From Methanotrichaceae archaeon (lineage in GTDB: Archaea; Halobacteriota; Methanosarcinia; Methanotrichales; Methanotrichaceae), in assembly GCA_963748825.1 (NCBI GenBank), contig CAVVKN010000023.1, positions 64,001 through 128,000 of the forward strand: a stretch of DNA of 64,000 nt, written 5' to 3'. The notes beneath the pieces are model-generated. The model had not been told where the DNA came from. It worked only from the letters and a program-made list of their open reading frames with translations, and did not search any database. Numbering within the stretch: the stretch's first letter is position 1; each line of letters starts with the position of its first letter. The position numbers and the translations under genes are program-made. Positions 23,901 through 33,340 of this stretch are shown here, piece by piece.

Positions 23901-24622
23901 TCATAACAGCCTCCGGTGTAATCGCACATTCCGACTCTGGGAGAATTGACCACGGGCAGAAGCATATCCTCTCCGCATTCGTGGCTTTTCCCGCATTCCT
24001 CGCACACCCGGCCAGCGTCCTCGTCGCTGCACACGCAGCACACCCCGGTGGCCGGCTTGCCGCAAACATCGCATTTGATCTCAGGGGGCTCGTTTCTGGC
24101 CATGATGCGAACAGCATCCTTATCTTGAGCGATGCCCTTCCTGGCAGATATCACCGTGATTAGCAGCTCGGTTGAGGTTCCAAAGTCGTAGATGTACTCG
24201 AACTTCATGCCCGCAGCCATAACTTTTTCCAGGGCGACACTCATGCTTCGATCTCCAGGCTCAATCGTTTCAGAGATGAAAGACTCGCCTGCAATCTCAA
24301 AACTGCTCAGGTGGCCGCAGCACTCCAGCCAGACCGCTCTCAAAAAGCGGTCCAAATCCTCTAAGGTGGCCTTGGCAGGAATCTCGATGTGCAGCCAGTA
24401 CATGGGCTGGTAGAGCCCCTCCACCTTTAGATGAAAGATGGTCCGAGCCCGCCCTTTGCCTGAGCCTTTCTCTGTCAGTGCATCGTTCTCCTCTTTTCTG
24501 GCCTGACAGGCCTGCAAATGCCTGGATATGGCCGATTTGGCATAGCTTCCTGCACAAAAGCTGCATGTTCCCTTTGAAGTCGACCGGGTCAAGTCTCTTC
24601 CCTCCATTACGCCATTGGGCAC
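23897..24622 (-). CDS. pRiA4b ORF-3-like (IS1096 passenger TnpR-like) protein with Zn-binding Cys motifs
   Basis: ATLEDLDRFLRAVWLECCGHLSSF, YIYDFGTST, N- and C-terminal CxxC clusters, NSPRVGMC. Confidence 0.7.
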   Translation of the reverse strand: MPNGVMEGRDLTRSTSKGTCSFCAGSYAKSAISRHLQACQARKEENDALTEKGSGKGRARTIFHLKVEGLYQPMYWLHIEIPAKATLEDLDRFLRAVWLECCGHLSSFEIAGESFISETIEPGDRSMSVALEKVMAAGMKFEYIYDFGTSTELLITVISARKGIAQDKDAVRIMARNEPPEIKCDVCGKPATGVCCVCSDEDAGRVCEECGKSHECGEDMLLPVVNSPRVGMCDYTGGCYD

Positions 24623-24738
24623 GGCATCTACTGCAGTGCCTCAATTAAACGCAGGCAATTCTGCATGTCCATAAAGTCATTCGTCTATATCAAATCTAGG
24701 CAAAGGATTCAACTTCTGGAAGCTGCCACTACATCATC

Positions 24739-24933
24739 ATGAAACCAGAGAAGATTCTGGAGATCTGTCCGGTCTGCGGCAGCTCTGAACTCTATTTAGA
24801 AGCAGGCGGCTACACCGGCAAGATCTACCATTGCAAGAACTGCGACTATATAGGAGCCTTGATTATTGAGGCGGACGAGGAGATGGCCAGGGCCATAAAA
24901 GAGGACTACGGGCAAAAGAAGAAAACTGGCTGA
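24739..24933 (+). CDS. Small zinc-ribbon protein
   Basis: CPVCGS...YHCKNCDY. Confidence 0.7.
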   Translation: MKPEKILEICPVCGSSELYLEAGGYTGKIYHCKNCDYIGALIIEADEEMARAIKEDYGQKKKTG

Positions 24934-24956
24934 TCGCTTAGGTAGACAATATTTTT

Positions 24957-25859
24957 TCACGGTTCTACATGCAGCCCATTTTCCTTCTCCTTCGCCTTTT
25001 TTTGCACCTTGATCACCTCAGCCCCGAAGAGGAATATCTGGGCTGAATAGTAGATCCAGAAGAGAAATATTACCAGAGATCCTGCTGCCCCGTAGGCTGA
25101 GCCGATGTTCACCAACCCCACATAGGCCTCGATGCAGAAGTTTCCTGCCGCGAACAGAAGAGCCGCCAGGGCTGAGCCAGGGAGCACCTCTCGCCAGGCC
25201 AGTTTCACTTCGATCAGGGTCTTGTAGGTAGCGGCAAAGAGCAGAGTCACAAACGAGAAGGAGACCAGGAACGTGAGCATCCGAAGCAGCCCCAGGTGAA
25301 TGGGCAAAAACTCCTCGATCTGCCTTCCTGCCGGCAGGAGAAGGGCGGTGAAGATGGATGTCACCAGGAGCATAAAGGCGACCAGGGCGATGAGTAGGTA
25401 AGAGCGCAGGTAAGAGAGGATTGTGTTCATTAACGGGACAACATTGTCCGGGATCTTCCAGATGATGTGAAAGGCCCTCCTGGTATGAACGAAGAGACCG
25501 GCAGCGCCAAAAAGCAGGAGACCAACGCTGAGCAGAGTAAAGCGGAAGGATGCGGCCTGATTGGAAGCCTGGCCGATCAGCTCGCCGGCCACTCTTGGCA
25601 TCTGCCTGCCCACCAAATCCTGAGAGGTGGCCACTACCTGGCCGTCAAGAAATCCATGCTGGAATAAAGAATTTATAAATATTAAGGTTAATATAAGTAA
25701 TGGGACTAAGGAGAAGAGGCCGTAGTAGGCTAGTGCTGCGGCCAGGAGCGAGGCATCGTCTTTGAGCCACTCTTGAAAGGCATATTTGAGGATATGGAAT
25801 ACTTCCGACGACTTCATAATAAGCAACCTCAACGATAATCGGTGATAAGCTAATTCCAA
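24957..25859 (-). CDS. YihY/virulence factor BrkB-family membrane protein
   Basis: AAALAYYGLFSLVPLL, SAYGAAGS, WIYYSAQIFLFGAE. Confidence 0.9.
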   Translation of the reverse strand: MELAYHRLSLRLLIMKSSEVFHILKYAFQEWLKDDASLLAAALAYYGLFSLVPLLILTLIFINSLFQHGFLDGQVVATSQDLVGRQMPRVAGELIGQASNQAASFRFTLLSVGLLLFGAAGLFVHTRRAFHIIWKIPDNVVPLMNTILSYLRSYLLIALVAFMLLVTSIFTALLLPAGRQIEEFLPIHLGLLRMLTFLVSFSFVTLLFAATYKTLIEVKLAWREVLPGSALAALLFAAGNFCIEAYVGLVNIGSAYGAAGSLVIFLFWIYYSAQIFLFGAEVIKVQKKAKEKENGLHVEP

Positions 25860-25924
25860 TTACGTTAATATTTTAACTAGTATTATTATTCTTCATTCCA
25901 TACACAAGTGAGGAACGCCGTGTT

Positions 25925-26650
25925 TCACCTATAAATCGCTAGTCTTCCAAGATTTACCAGCCACTCGTTAAAGTGTGGACATTCGTTTCTTATGACGTCT
26001 ATACCGATTTCTTGAGCTATTTGATACCCATTCGTTACTTTTTGGTACGATTTAAACAAATGAAGTATCCGTTTTGAAGGCGCCGTCTCTTTTCCATCGT
26101 TTATTTCTTCCGGCGTTTTAAATTGCTCACGAATGCGCCTTAATTCCTCGAGACTGGAACCTTCATTATACGGCTTGAGAACTCTATCTATAACGCCCAC
26201 GTCACTAAATAGCAATCCTTCGAACTCATGAAGTTGTATGTATGGAACAAAACGTGAATTGGAAATTTCAGATTTTAATGCATCTTCAAGAATTTTTATT
26301 TTTATATAAGGATCTTGTGTTTTCAATGCGGCTTCATAATTTGGAAAATCATATGATAATTCATACAGGTCAAACATAGTTGTAAGATAAGCCTTACTAT
26401 CTTCATCAAGCCACCGATGTATGTCGCGTTTAATCTTTTCATATGATGGCATTCCGCCACGAAAGATGGTTTCCTGCTTCCCCGGTTTTCTGATATTCAG
26501 TCCCTTTCTTGGCTTTCTTCCGGTCTCGACACATCGTGCTCCCCCGACATACACGCCACATTGAGCCAAGGATTCCGCGAGAATCCTTCGAACAAATGTC
26601 TCCTCAGTTTGTCCTTCCACAATGAAATTCACTCGAATTGCAGAATTCAT
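25925..26650 (-). CDS. DUF4276-family (RloB/TOPRIM-like) protein
   Basis: IVEGQTEE, TTMFDLY, PYIQLHEFEGLLFSD, PEEINDG, APSKRI, CPHFNEW. Confidence 0.85.
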   Translation of the reverse strand: MNSAIRVNFIVEGQTEETFVRRILAESLAQCGVYVGGARCVETGRKPRKGLNIRKPGKQETIFRGGMPSYEKIKRDIHRWLDEDSKAYLTTMFDLYELSYDFPNYEAALKTQDPYIKIKILEDALKSEISNSRFVPYIQLHEFEGLLFSDVGVIDRVLKPYNEGSSLEELRRIREQFKTPEEINDGKETAPSKRILHLFKSYQKVTNGYQIAQEIGIDVIRNECPHFNEWLVNLGRLAIYR

Positions 26651-27757
26651 TTATTGAGGTCTCCCCCCGAGGACATTTTTTTCCCAAAGCTCACCAAGTG
26701 AATATTCTTCTAACCAGGAGGATAATCGTGGTGAATCAACGCGATTAATAACGGTTTCATACTTATTGTCATTTTCTTCTCTCTCCACGACGAGCAAGTT
26801 TTCAGCATCAAACTGGTTAACTAATGAGACGGATTGGGTTGATACGATGAGCTGTGTTCTTTCTGCTGCACTCAGCATCAAAGAAGCCAGGACAACAATG
26901 GCATAAGGGTGAAGGCCTAATTCCGGCTCATCGATCAGAATCGTTGAAGGCAATTGCGGTTGCAACAAAAGAGTAGCAAGGCAGATAAAGCGTAGCATAC
27001 CGTCAGATAAGTGATAAGCTTGAAAGGGAAAATCAGATCCCTTTTCTCGCCACTCCAAACGAATCATATTCTCATTTTCAGGATGTGGGCGCAAGAGGAA
27101 ATCATCAAAGAAGGGGGTAACCAAGCGTACCGTATCTCGGATTGCTGAGTAATGTTCTTTTTTTGTGCGCTGAAGCATGTAAAGAAATGCTGCTAGATTG
27201 CTGGCGTCATGTCTTAAATATATATTATCATTTATATCCCTTGATTTTTTAACCGGTGCAGATTCGCTTGTATCATGAAAATGATAAACTTTCCAGCTTT
27301 TGAGGCTATCGAGCACATATGCTTCTATATTTGTAGGATTATTGATTGTGCCATATTTGGATCTTATTGCGAGTTTACTCTCTTTATGTCCTGACCCCAT
27401 ATAATTTTTTTTGGTATGTCCATAGGCATCTAAGGAACAAACCTCTTCATCAAAGAATAATTCATCATTAACAGTAGGCAACCAAGTACATTCGTATGCA
27501 TTTTGACCAAAATCAAGTTTGACGAAAATATTCTCAGTTATCTTTTGTCCATAATATAGAAAAGATTCTGCACCACCAGCTTTGGCTACGAAAGACTGAA
27601 ATTTTCCCTCAACAACATGATTTAGCAGTTCAAATAGAGCGATAAAGTTGCTTTTGCCCGCACCGTTAGCGCCGATTAGTACATTCAGTGAGCTTAAATC
27701 CAATTCGAGCTTACGAATTGATTTAAAACCCGTTACTTCAATGCGGTCCAGCTTCAT
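26651..27757 (-). CDS. ABC-type AAA ATPase (AAA_21/COG4637-like)
   Basis: Walker A GANGAGKS, signature LSDGML, Walker B ILIDEPELGLHP, STQS; C-terminal LGELWEKNVLGGRP. Confidence 0.9.
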   Translation of the reverse strand: MKLDRIEVTGFKSIRKLELDLSSLNVLIGANGAGKSNFIALFELLNHVVEGKFQSFVAKAGGAESFLYYGQKITENIFVKLDFGQNAYECTWLPTVNDELFFDEEVCSLDAYGHTKKNYMGSGHKESKLAIRSKYGTINNPTNIEAYVLDSLKSWKVYHFHDTSESAPVKKSRDINDNIYLRHDASNLAAFLYMLQRTKKEHYSAIRDTVRLVTPFFDDFLLRPHPENENMIRLEWREKGSDFPFQAYHLSDGMLRFICLATLLLQPQLPSTILIDEPELGLHPYAIVVLASLMLSAAERTQLIVSTQSVSLVNQFDAENLLVVEREENDNKYETVINRVDSPRLSSWLEEYSLGELWEKNVLGGRPQ

Positions 27758-27801
27758 TTGGCGTGCTCCCTGCTAATTAAAAAAAAAGGATCACGGGAAG
27801 C

Positions 27802-29028
27802 TTACGGTGCCCCCTTCAGATCCTCTCTTTGGGTGATGTTCTTGATCTCCTGCTTCAAGTCCTCGGGCAGCCCTTTGATCTCCACATCCAAAAAGCCCCT
27901 GACAATGACGCTGGTGGCCTCTTCTGAGTTCAGACCGCGGGACATGAGGTACTCCAGCTCCTCCTCAGAGATACGGCCCACTGCCGCCTCATGGGACATA
28001 TCCAGGTCCCGGCACTGCCCGTCCAGCTCCGGTATGGAATAGATTCTGCCCTTGTCCGATAGCAGAAGGCCGACGCACTCCAGATGGGCGCGTGCGCCAG
28101 GAACTCTGCCGGTCATTCTTCCCCGAGCAATGACCTCGCCACCCACGGAGACCACACGAGAAATTGATTCGGCACTTGTATCCGGCGCATTGAGGTTGAC
28201 ATTGCTGCCTATGTCGATGTTGCCCATACTGGAATAGACCACGGTGTTAAAGCTGGCCACCGCCCCGCGGCCTGCCAGCGTGGCCGTGGGGAAGGTCTGG
28301 AGAGTCTTTACGGGCTTTAGAAGGATGTAGTTGTTGGAGAGAGAGCCGCCCTCGGCAATGGTGATACCTGTTCTGGGCCGCACCTCGACCTCTTTGCCCC
28401 AGCTGTGCACCATGGTGAAACTTACCTTGGCATTCTTCTGGATGAAGAACTCCGAGACGCCCATGTGCAGGCCCCTCTGCACATGGGCCGGAGTGGTACA
28501 GCCAGTGATGACATGCAGCTCCGAGCCCTCTTCCGCGATGATAACGTTGTGCACGCGCTGGTTGAGGTTGGAAGACCCCAGATACAGGCAGCTCTTGACC
28601 GGAAATACAGTCTTCATGCCCTTTTTGGCGCGGATGAAGTAGCCTGCAGGTGGCGCTTCCGCTATGTCCGCTGTGTACTTGTCGGCATCCGGTGCCACCA
28701 GCTTCCACCAGTAGTCCTGCAAAAAGTCGTACTTCTCCAGAGCGGAGGCCATGTCCATGATCTCCACACCCTCGTAGAGAGACTTGGCGATCACAGGAGT
28801 CTGGTCCATCTGAACAAAAGAGCCTGAAGATTCGCCATCAAGCTTCACGCCCACATCCAGAGCCGCCTTCTTGACAATGCCAGGCAGATCTTCGGCATTG
28901 TCTACGGCCCCCTGGGGTTTGGCCTCGGATTCATAGCTCTCCAGGTCCACATCTGTGCCGTATACAGCCTTCTTGTCCCGTGCCTTTCTGGCCTTATCTT
29001 CTATACCGGACACGTGCATCCTGCACAC
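27802..29028 (-). CDS. sufB: SufB/SufD-family Fe-S cluster assembly protein
   Basis: HNVIIAEEGS, SHEAAVGRI, YLMSRGL; adjacent to sufC. Confidence 0.9.
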   Translation of the reverse strand: MCRMHVSGIEDKARKARDKKAVYGTDVDLESYESEAKPQGAVDNAEDLPGIVKKAALDVGVKLDGESSGSFVQMDQTPVIAKSLYEGVEIMDMASALEKYDFLQDYWWKLVAPDADKYTADIAEAPPAGYFIRAKKGMKTVFPVKSCLYLGSSNLNQRVHNVIIAEEGSELHVITGCTTPAHVQRGLHMGVSEFFIQKNAKVSFTMVHSWGKEVEVRPRTGITIAEGGSLSNNYILLKPVKTLQTFPTATLAGRGAVASFNTVVYSSMGNIDIGSNVNLNAPDTSAESISRVVSVGGEVIARGRMTGRVPGARAHLECVGLLLSDKGRIYSIPELDGQCRDLDMSHEAAVGRISEEELEYLMSRGLNSEEATSVIVRGFLDVEIKGLPEDLKQEIKNITQREDLKGAP

Positions 29029-29744
29029 CCCTCATATCCGCTTTTTTTGATCTGATCTAATATCTCGCCCGGGTTGCCACTACAGACGATCGATCCACCC
29101 AACATGACATGGGCTCGGTCCGCTTTCATGTAATCCAGAATATGGCCGAAGTGGGTGATGATCACACCGGACTTGGTCCTCAGGCTAGGACGCAGGTCTT
29201 TTTGTGTGAGAGAATTTATGGCCTCGCCGATGAGCTTGATGTTCTCCAGGTCCACGCCGGAGTCCGGCTCATCCAGCATGACGAAATCAGGCTGCTGTGC
29301 CAGGAGCTGGACCATCTCGGAGCGCTTTACCTCGCCCCCGGAAAAGCCACGATTGACATCCCTTTCTGCAAAAGCCTCAAAGTCCATCTTCTTGAGTATG
29401 GCCGGTGCATCAGCCTCGGGATTGATGATCTTGATGAGGTCTTTGAGCCTCAGGCCACGGATGGCAGGAGGACGCTGAAAGGCCATGCCTATGCCCAGGC
29501 GTGCCCTTTCGTCCATGGACATGTGCGTGATATCCTCTCCCTTGAATACAATGCGCCCCCCATCGATGGTATACCTGGGAATTCCAGCGATGACATTCAA
29601 GAGAGTTGTTTTGCCCGTTCCATTGGGCCCAAATAGGGCATGAGTCTCGCCACGACTTATTCTAAGGTTGAAGTTCTTTAGAACCTGCTTACTGCCGATG
29701 CTGACCGACAGATCCTCAATCTCCAGCAGCCACATCACCTCCAA
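29001..29744 (-). CDS. sufC: Fe-S assembly ABC ATPase SufC
   Basis: GPNGTGKT, FSGGEVKR, LDEPDSGVD, IITH. Confidence 0.92.
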   Translation of the reverse strand: MEVMWLLEIEDLSVSIGSKQVLKNFNLRISRGETHALFGPNGTGKTTLLNVIAGIPRYTIDGGRIVFKGEDITHMSMDERARLGIGMAFQRPPAIRGLRLKDLIKIINPEADAPAILKKMDFEAFAERDVNRGFSGGEVKRSEMVQLLAQQPDFVMLDEPDSGVDLENIKLIGEAINSLTQKDLRPSLRTKSGVIITHFGHILDYMKADRAHVMLGGSIVCSGNPGEILDQIKKSGYEGCAGCTCPV

Positions 29745-29789
29745 TCAATTAATCAATCGATCGTAGGAATATAATATCTTTTGCAGCAG

Positions 29790-30365
29790 CTATATTCGCG
29801 CCCGGATTTGCAGCTCATCGATCGACCGGTTCAGGCTGGCGTAGCTTCTTACAATTCGTCCGGCCTCTGTATCCTGGCAGCCCAGCATCTTGCACAACTC
29901 TCGATCGTAATCCTCCAGATCGACCTTTCGCTTGCGCAGATACTCATGCCCCCATGGCCCGGCCACCAAATATTTGTTCAGTGGATCGGAGCTACTCTGA
30001 AAGTGCTCCAGCATGGCCTGTGCGGGATTCTCCAGCCGGTCGAAGGTCTTCTGCAGCGCCACAGCCTTCTTCTGCTCGTCGGTCTTGCTGGCCAGGCGGG
30101 GCCGCCAGACCAGTACCTCCAGCGCCACAACCAGGACGGCGTCCAAATTGAGATGGGCGAAACGAATGAAATTGCTTAGTGATTTTGCATCCCGGGCTTT
30201 CGCCGAGGACTGCACGTAGACAGAGATCTTGCCGATCTTCTCCGAAAACTCGCCCTGGCGCAGAGGCACAAGCATTCTCTGCACCGCTTCGATGGCTTCC
30301 GCCAGCGAGCCCTCTTGCGGGCCCACCCGAGCGCCTTCTTGTTCACTCGTCCTCTCGCCGGTCAT
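29790..30365 (-). CDS. Hypothetical protein
   Basis: 191-aa ORF 9 bp downstream of lysA on the same strand, host-like codon usage. Confidence 0.65.
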   Translation of the reverse strand: MTGERTSEQEGARVGPQEGSLAEAIEAVQRMLVPLRQGEFSEKIGKISVYVQSSAKARDAKSLSNFIRFAHLNLDAVLVVALEVLVWRPRLASKTDEQKKAVALQKTFDRLENPAQAMLEHFQSSSDPLNKYLVAGPWGHEYLRKRKVDLEDYDRELCKMLGCQDTEAGRIVRSYASLNRSIDELQIRARI

Positions 30366-30374
30366 TCTTTCAGC

Positions 30375-31676
30375 CTACCACATGAGCCGGGGCAAGATAC
30401 TCTGCCCGGCCAGAAGGGCGCTTGCATCTTCGGCGCGCCGGGTGACATCGGCCCTGTCCCCGGAAACAAGTACTTCAGCCGGCCGGGGCTGGCCGTTGTA
30501 CTGGGAGGCCATGGAAAAGCCGTAGGCTCCTGCATCCAGGAAAGCCAGAACGTCGCCGCGCGCGAGAACCGGCAGCTTTCGGTCTTTAGCCAGCACATCC
30601 CCGGTCTCGCAGATGGGCCCTACCACAGTGTAGGTCTCCTGCGCGGGCGCGCTGGCGCGGCTGGCCACTATAACATGATGATAGGAGTCGTAGAGCATGG
30701 GTCGAGCCAAGACGTTGAAGCCGGCATCCACAGCCACGAAATTGACATGGGCCCTTTTGACCACATTTACGCTGGTAAGCATGACAGTGGTATCGGCCAC
30801 GATGCTGCGGCCCGGCTCCAGGATGAGCTTGGGCGCGATTCCCAGGGCACGGCAGCGGTCCTGGAAAATGGGCAATATCGCCGCAGCGAGGTCGATGGGA
30901 GTGGGTGCAGGCAAGTCGGGATGGTACTGGATGCCCAGGCCACCACCCAGATCGATCCTTTCCACCTTCCCGCCCGCGGCTACGACCGCCGCAGCGATGT
31001 CCATCATCTTTCCCGCCGCCTCGGCGAAGGGCGCCGTGTCCAGGATCTGTGAGCCGATGTGGCAGTGCAGGCCTACGGGCTTTACCCCCTCCAGGCCCAT
31101 CGCCCTCTTGTAAGTCTCAGCCACCTGCTCCGCCGGGATGCCGAACTTGGAGGAGCGCAGGCCCGTTGCGATCTTGGGATGGGTCTTGGGGGAGACATCG
31201 GGATTTACACGGAAGAGGATCTCCGCCTCGCGCCCCAGCCGCTTTGCGGTCTTTGCGAGATGCTCCAGCTCCTCACGCGAGTCCACGGACATGCGCACGC
31301 CCGCCTGGATAGCCATCTCGTGATCCTTCTCGCTCTTGGAGTTGCCGTTGTAGAGGATCATATCCCGGGGGATGCCAGCCATGCGCACCACGGAAAGCTC
31401 CCCTGCCGAGAAGACGTCCGCGCCCATGCCCTCCTGGGCAGCGATGCGAAGCAGGGTGAGGTTGCCATTGGCCTTCACTGCGAAGTACTTGTCCGCATCG
31501 GGAAAGGCACGGTGGTAGGCGCGAATGTTCTCGCGCAGGCGGCTCTCGGAGGTGACATAAAGAGGGGTGCCCTGCTGCTGGGCGAGGACAAAGCAGTCCA
31601 CGTCTTCGATAAAGAGATGATTGTTTCGAGAGGTGAGATGAGATTTAGGTCCTAACATGAATTGTAGATTGCTCAA
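30375..31676 (-). CDS. lysA: Diaminopimelate decarboxylase
   Basis: FAVKAN, SKFG, HCHIGSQ, DLGGG, EPGR, GPICETGD, GAYG. Confidence 0.97.
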   Translation of the reverse strand: MSNLQFMLGPKSHLTSRNNHLFIEDVDCFVLAQQQGTPLYVTSESRLRENIRAYHRAFPDADKYFAVKANGNLTLLRIAAQEGMGADVFSAGELSVVRMAGIPRDMILYNGNSKSEKDHEMAIQAGVRMSVDSREELEHLAKTAKRLGREAEILFRVNPDVSPKTHPKIATGLRSSKFGIPAEQVAETYKRAMGLEGVKPVGLHCHIGSQILDTAPFAEAAGKMMDIAAAVVAAGGKVERIDLGGGLGIQYHPDLPAPTPIDLAAAILPIFQDRCRALGIAPKLILEPGRSIVADTTVMLTSVNVVKRAHVNFVAVDAGFNVLARPMLYDSYHHVIVASRASAPAQETYTVVGPICETGDVLAKDRKLPVLARGDVLAFLDAGAYGFSMASQYNGQPRPAEVLVSGDRADVTRRAEDASALLAGQSILPRLMW

Positions 31677-32246
31677 GAATTACTAAATCGTTTCTATGCA
31701 GAAGAGAAACATGACTAGCTCTCACTAAAATCCGCCCCCCCTCCAGACTCGCGGAAACTTTGAAGGCCTCGGCCTCCGACAGGGCTGTCTTTTCCTCTCC
31801 AGGGAGCCTCTGCGCCCCCCTGGCGAGCTGCAGGCAGGTGTTTGCTGGCCTTCTGTAGGTACCTGGCATCACTGGCCAGAAATTAATGTAATTTTTTAGG
31901 GGTCCGGAACGGGAAATTGAGCATAACAAAATTTAAATATAAACAAAGTTAGCTAGTTAAAAAGAAGATTCGAGGTTGATAAAATGAGAGATCGTTTGAA
32001 GATACTTAAATGGCTTGGATGCCTTTTCTTGCTCTGTTTATTGACGAGCACAATGGCTTTTTCCGAGGACACATCGAAATACATAGATAACCGGGCCACT
32101 ATAGCAAAAATGACACATGAAAATGCCATCGAGCATCAGAATCAAATGAGTATTCTGAGGCAGGAGATGTCCCAAGTTAAACTGACGACACCAGGACCAC
32201 GAGGACCTAAGGGAGATAGAGGTGCAGTCGGACCACGAGGACCTAA

Positions 32247-32367
32247 GTCGTTGACGCGAGATAATTTACTCATTTCCAGAGGCATTTCTGAAATTGCATC
32301 GTTTGATGATAACTATTTTTCTGGCTACGCTGACCCAAATTTGAGTATTTTATTTCCCGTCAACCCC
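32247..32367. mobile_element. 121-bp non-autonomous MITE with imperfect 26-bp TIRs and TAA target duplication
   Basis: Left end GTCGTTGACGCGAGATAATTTACTCA vs reverse complement of right end GGGGTTGACGGGAAATAAAATACTCA (20/26 identical); TAA at 32244-46 and 32368-70; removal restores GPK-GDK collagen frame. Confidence 0.85.
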
Positions 32368-32710
32368 TAAGGGAGATAAAGGTGCAGTCGGACCACGAGG
32401 ACCTAAGGGAGATAGAGGTGCAGTCGGACCACGAGGGGCAACTGGACCTAAGGGAGATAAGGGAGACACAGGTGAAGCAGGACCTAAGGGGGATACTGGA
32501 CCCAAGGGGGATAAGGGAGATGTTGGAACCAAGGCTGACTTGGATAATCTTACGGATTGGCTCGCCACAAATGTAACTTATATTGATCAGAATGCAACCG
32601 ACTTGGATAATGTTACCGCATGGCTTGATGCCAATGCAACCAAGGCGGACAATGCTCTATCCTGGCTCGCCTTGAATGTCACCAAAATAGGAGATCTTAA
32701 GGAAAGAGTT

Positions 32711-33340
32711 GATAATGTGTCTCCGAGAGTCGGTTATCTTGAGAGAGATCTATCCGCAAATGTTTCCGAAATAGGATATCTTAAGGATAGAGTAATTAAT
32801 AATATGTCTCCGAGAGTCGGTTATCTTGAGAGAGATCTATCCGCAAATGTTTCCGAAATAGGAGATCTTAAGGATAGGGTAATTGATAATGTGTCTCCGA
32901 GGGTCGGTTATCTTGAGAGAGATCTATCCGCAAATGTTACCAAAATAGGAGATCTTAAGGATAGGGTAATTGATAATGTGTCTCCGAGGGTCGGTTATCT
33001 TGAGAGAGATCTATCCGCAAATGTTACCAAAATAGGAGATCTTAAGGATAGAGTAATTGATAATGTGTCTCCGAGGGTCGGTTATCTTGAGAGAGATCTA
33101 TCCGCAAATGTTTCCGAAATAGGAGATCTTAAGGATAGAGTAATTGATAATGTGTCTCCGAGGGTCGGCTATCTTGAGAGAGATCTATCCGCAAATGTTA
33201 CCGAAATAGGAGATCTTAAGGATAGAGTAATTGATAATGTGTCTCCGAGGGTCGGTTATCTTGAGAGAGATCTATCCGCAAATGTTACCGAAATAGGAGA
33301 TCTTAAGGATAGAGTAATTGATAATGTGTCTCCGAGGGTC
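32711..33340 (+). repeat. 87-bp coding tandem repeat, 7 full copies plus partials
   Basis: Unit DNVSPRVGYLERDLSANV(S/T)(E/K)IGDLKDRVI starts at 32711, 32798, 32885, 32972, 33059, 33146, 33233 and 33320. Confidence 0.95.

Noticed and set aside
31680-31900. Lysine riboswitch upstream of lysA
   Set aside because: The conserved L-box core elements could not be matched in order
32711-33340. Possible CRISPR array
   Set aside because: Head-to-tail 87-bp in-frame units without unique spacers, and no cas genes
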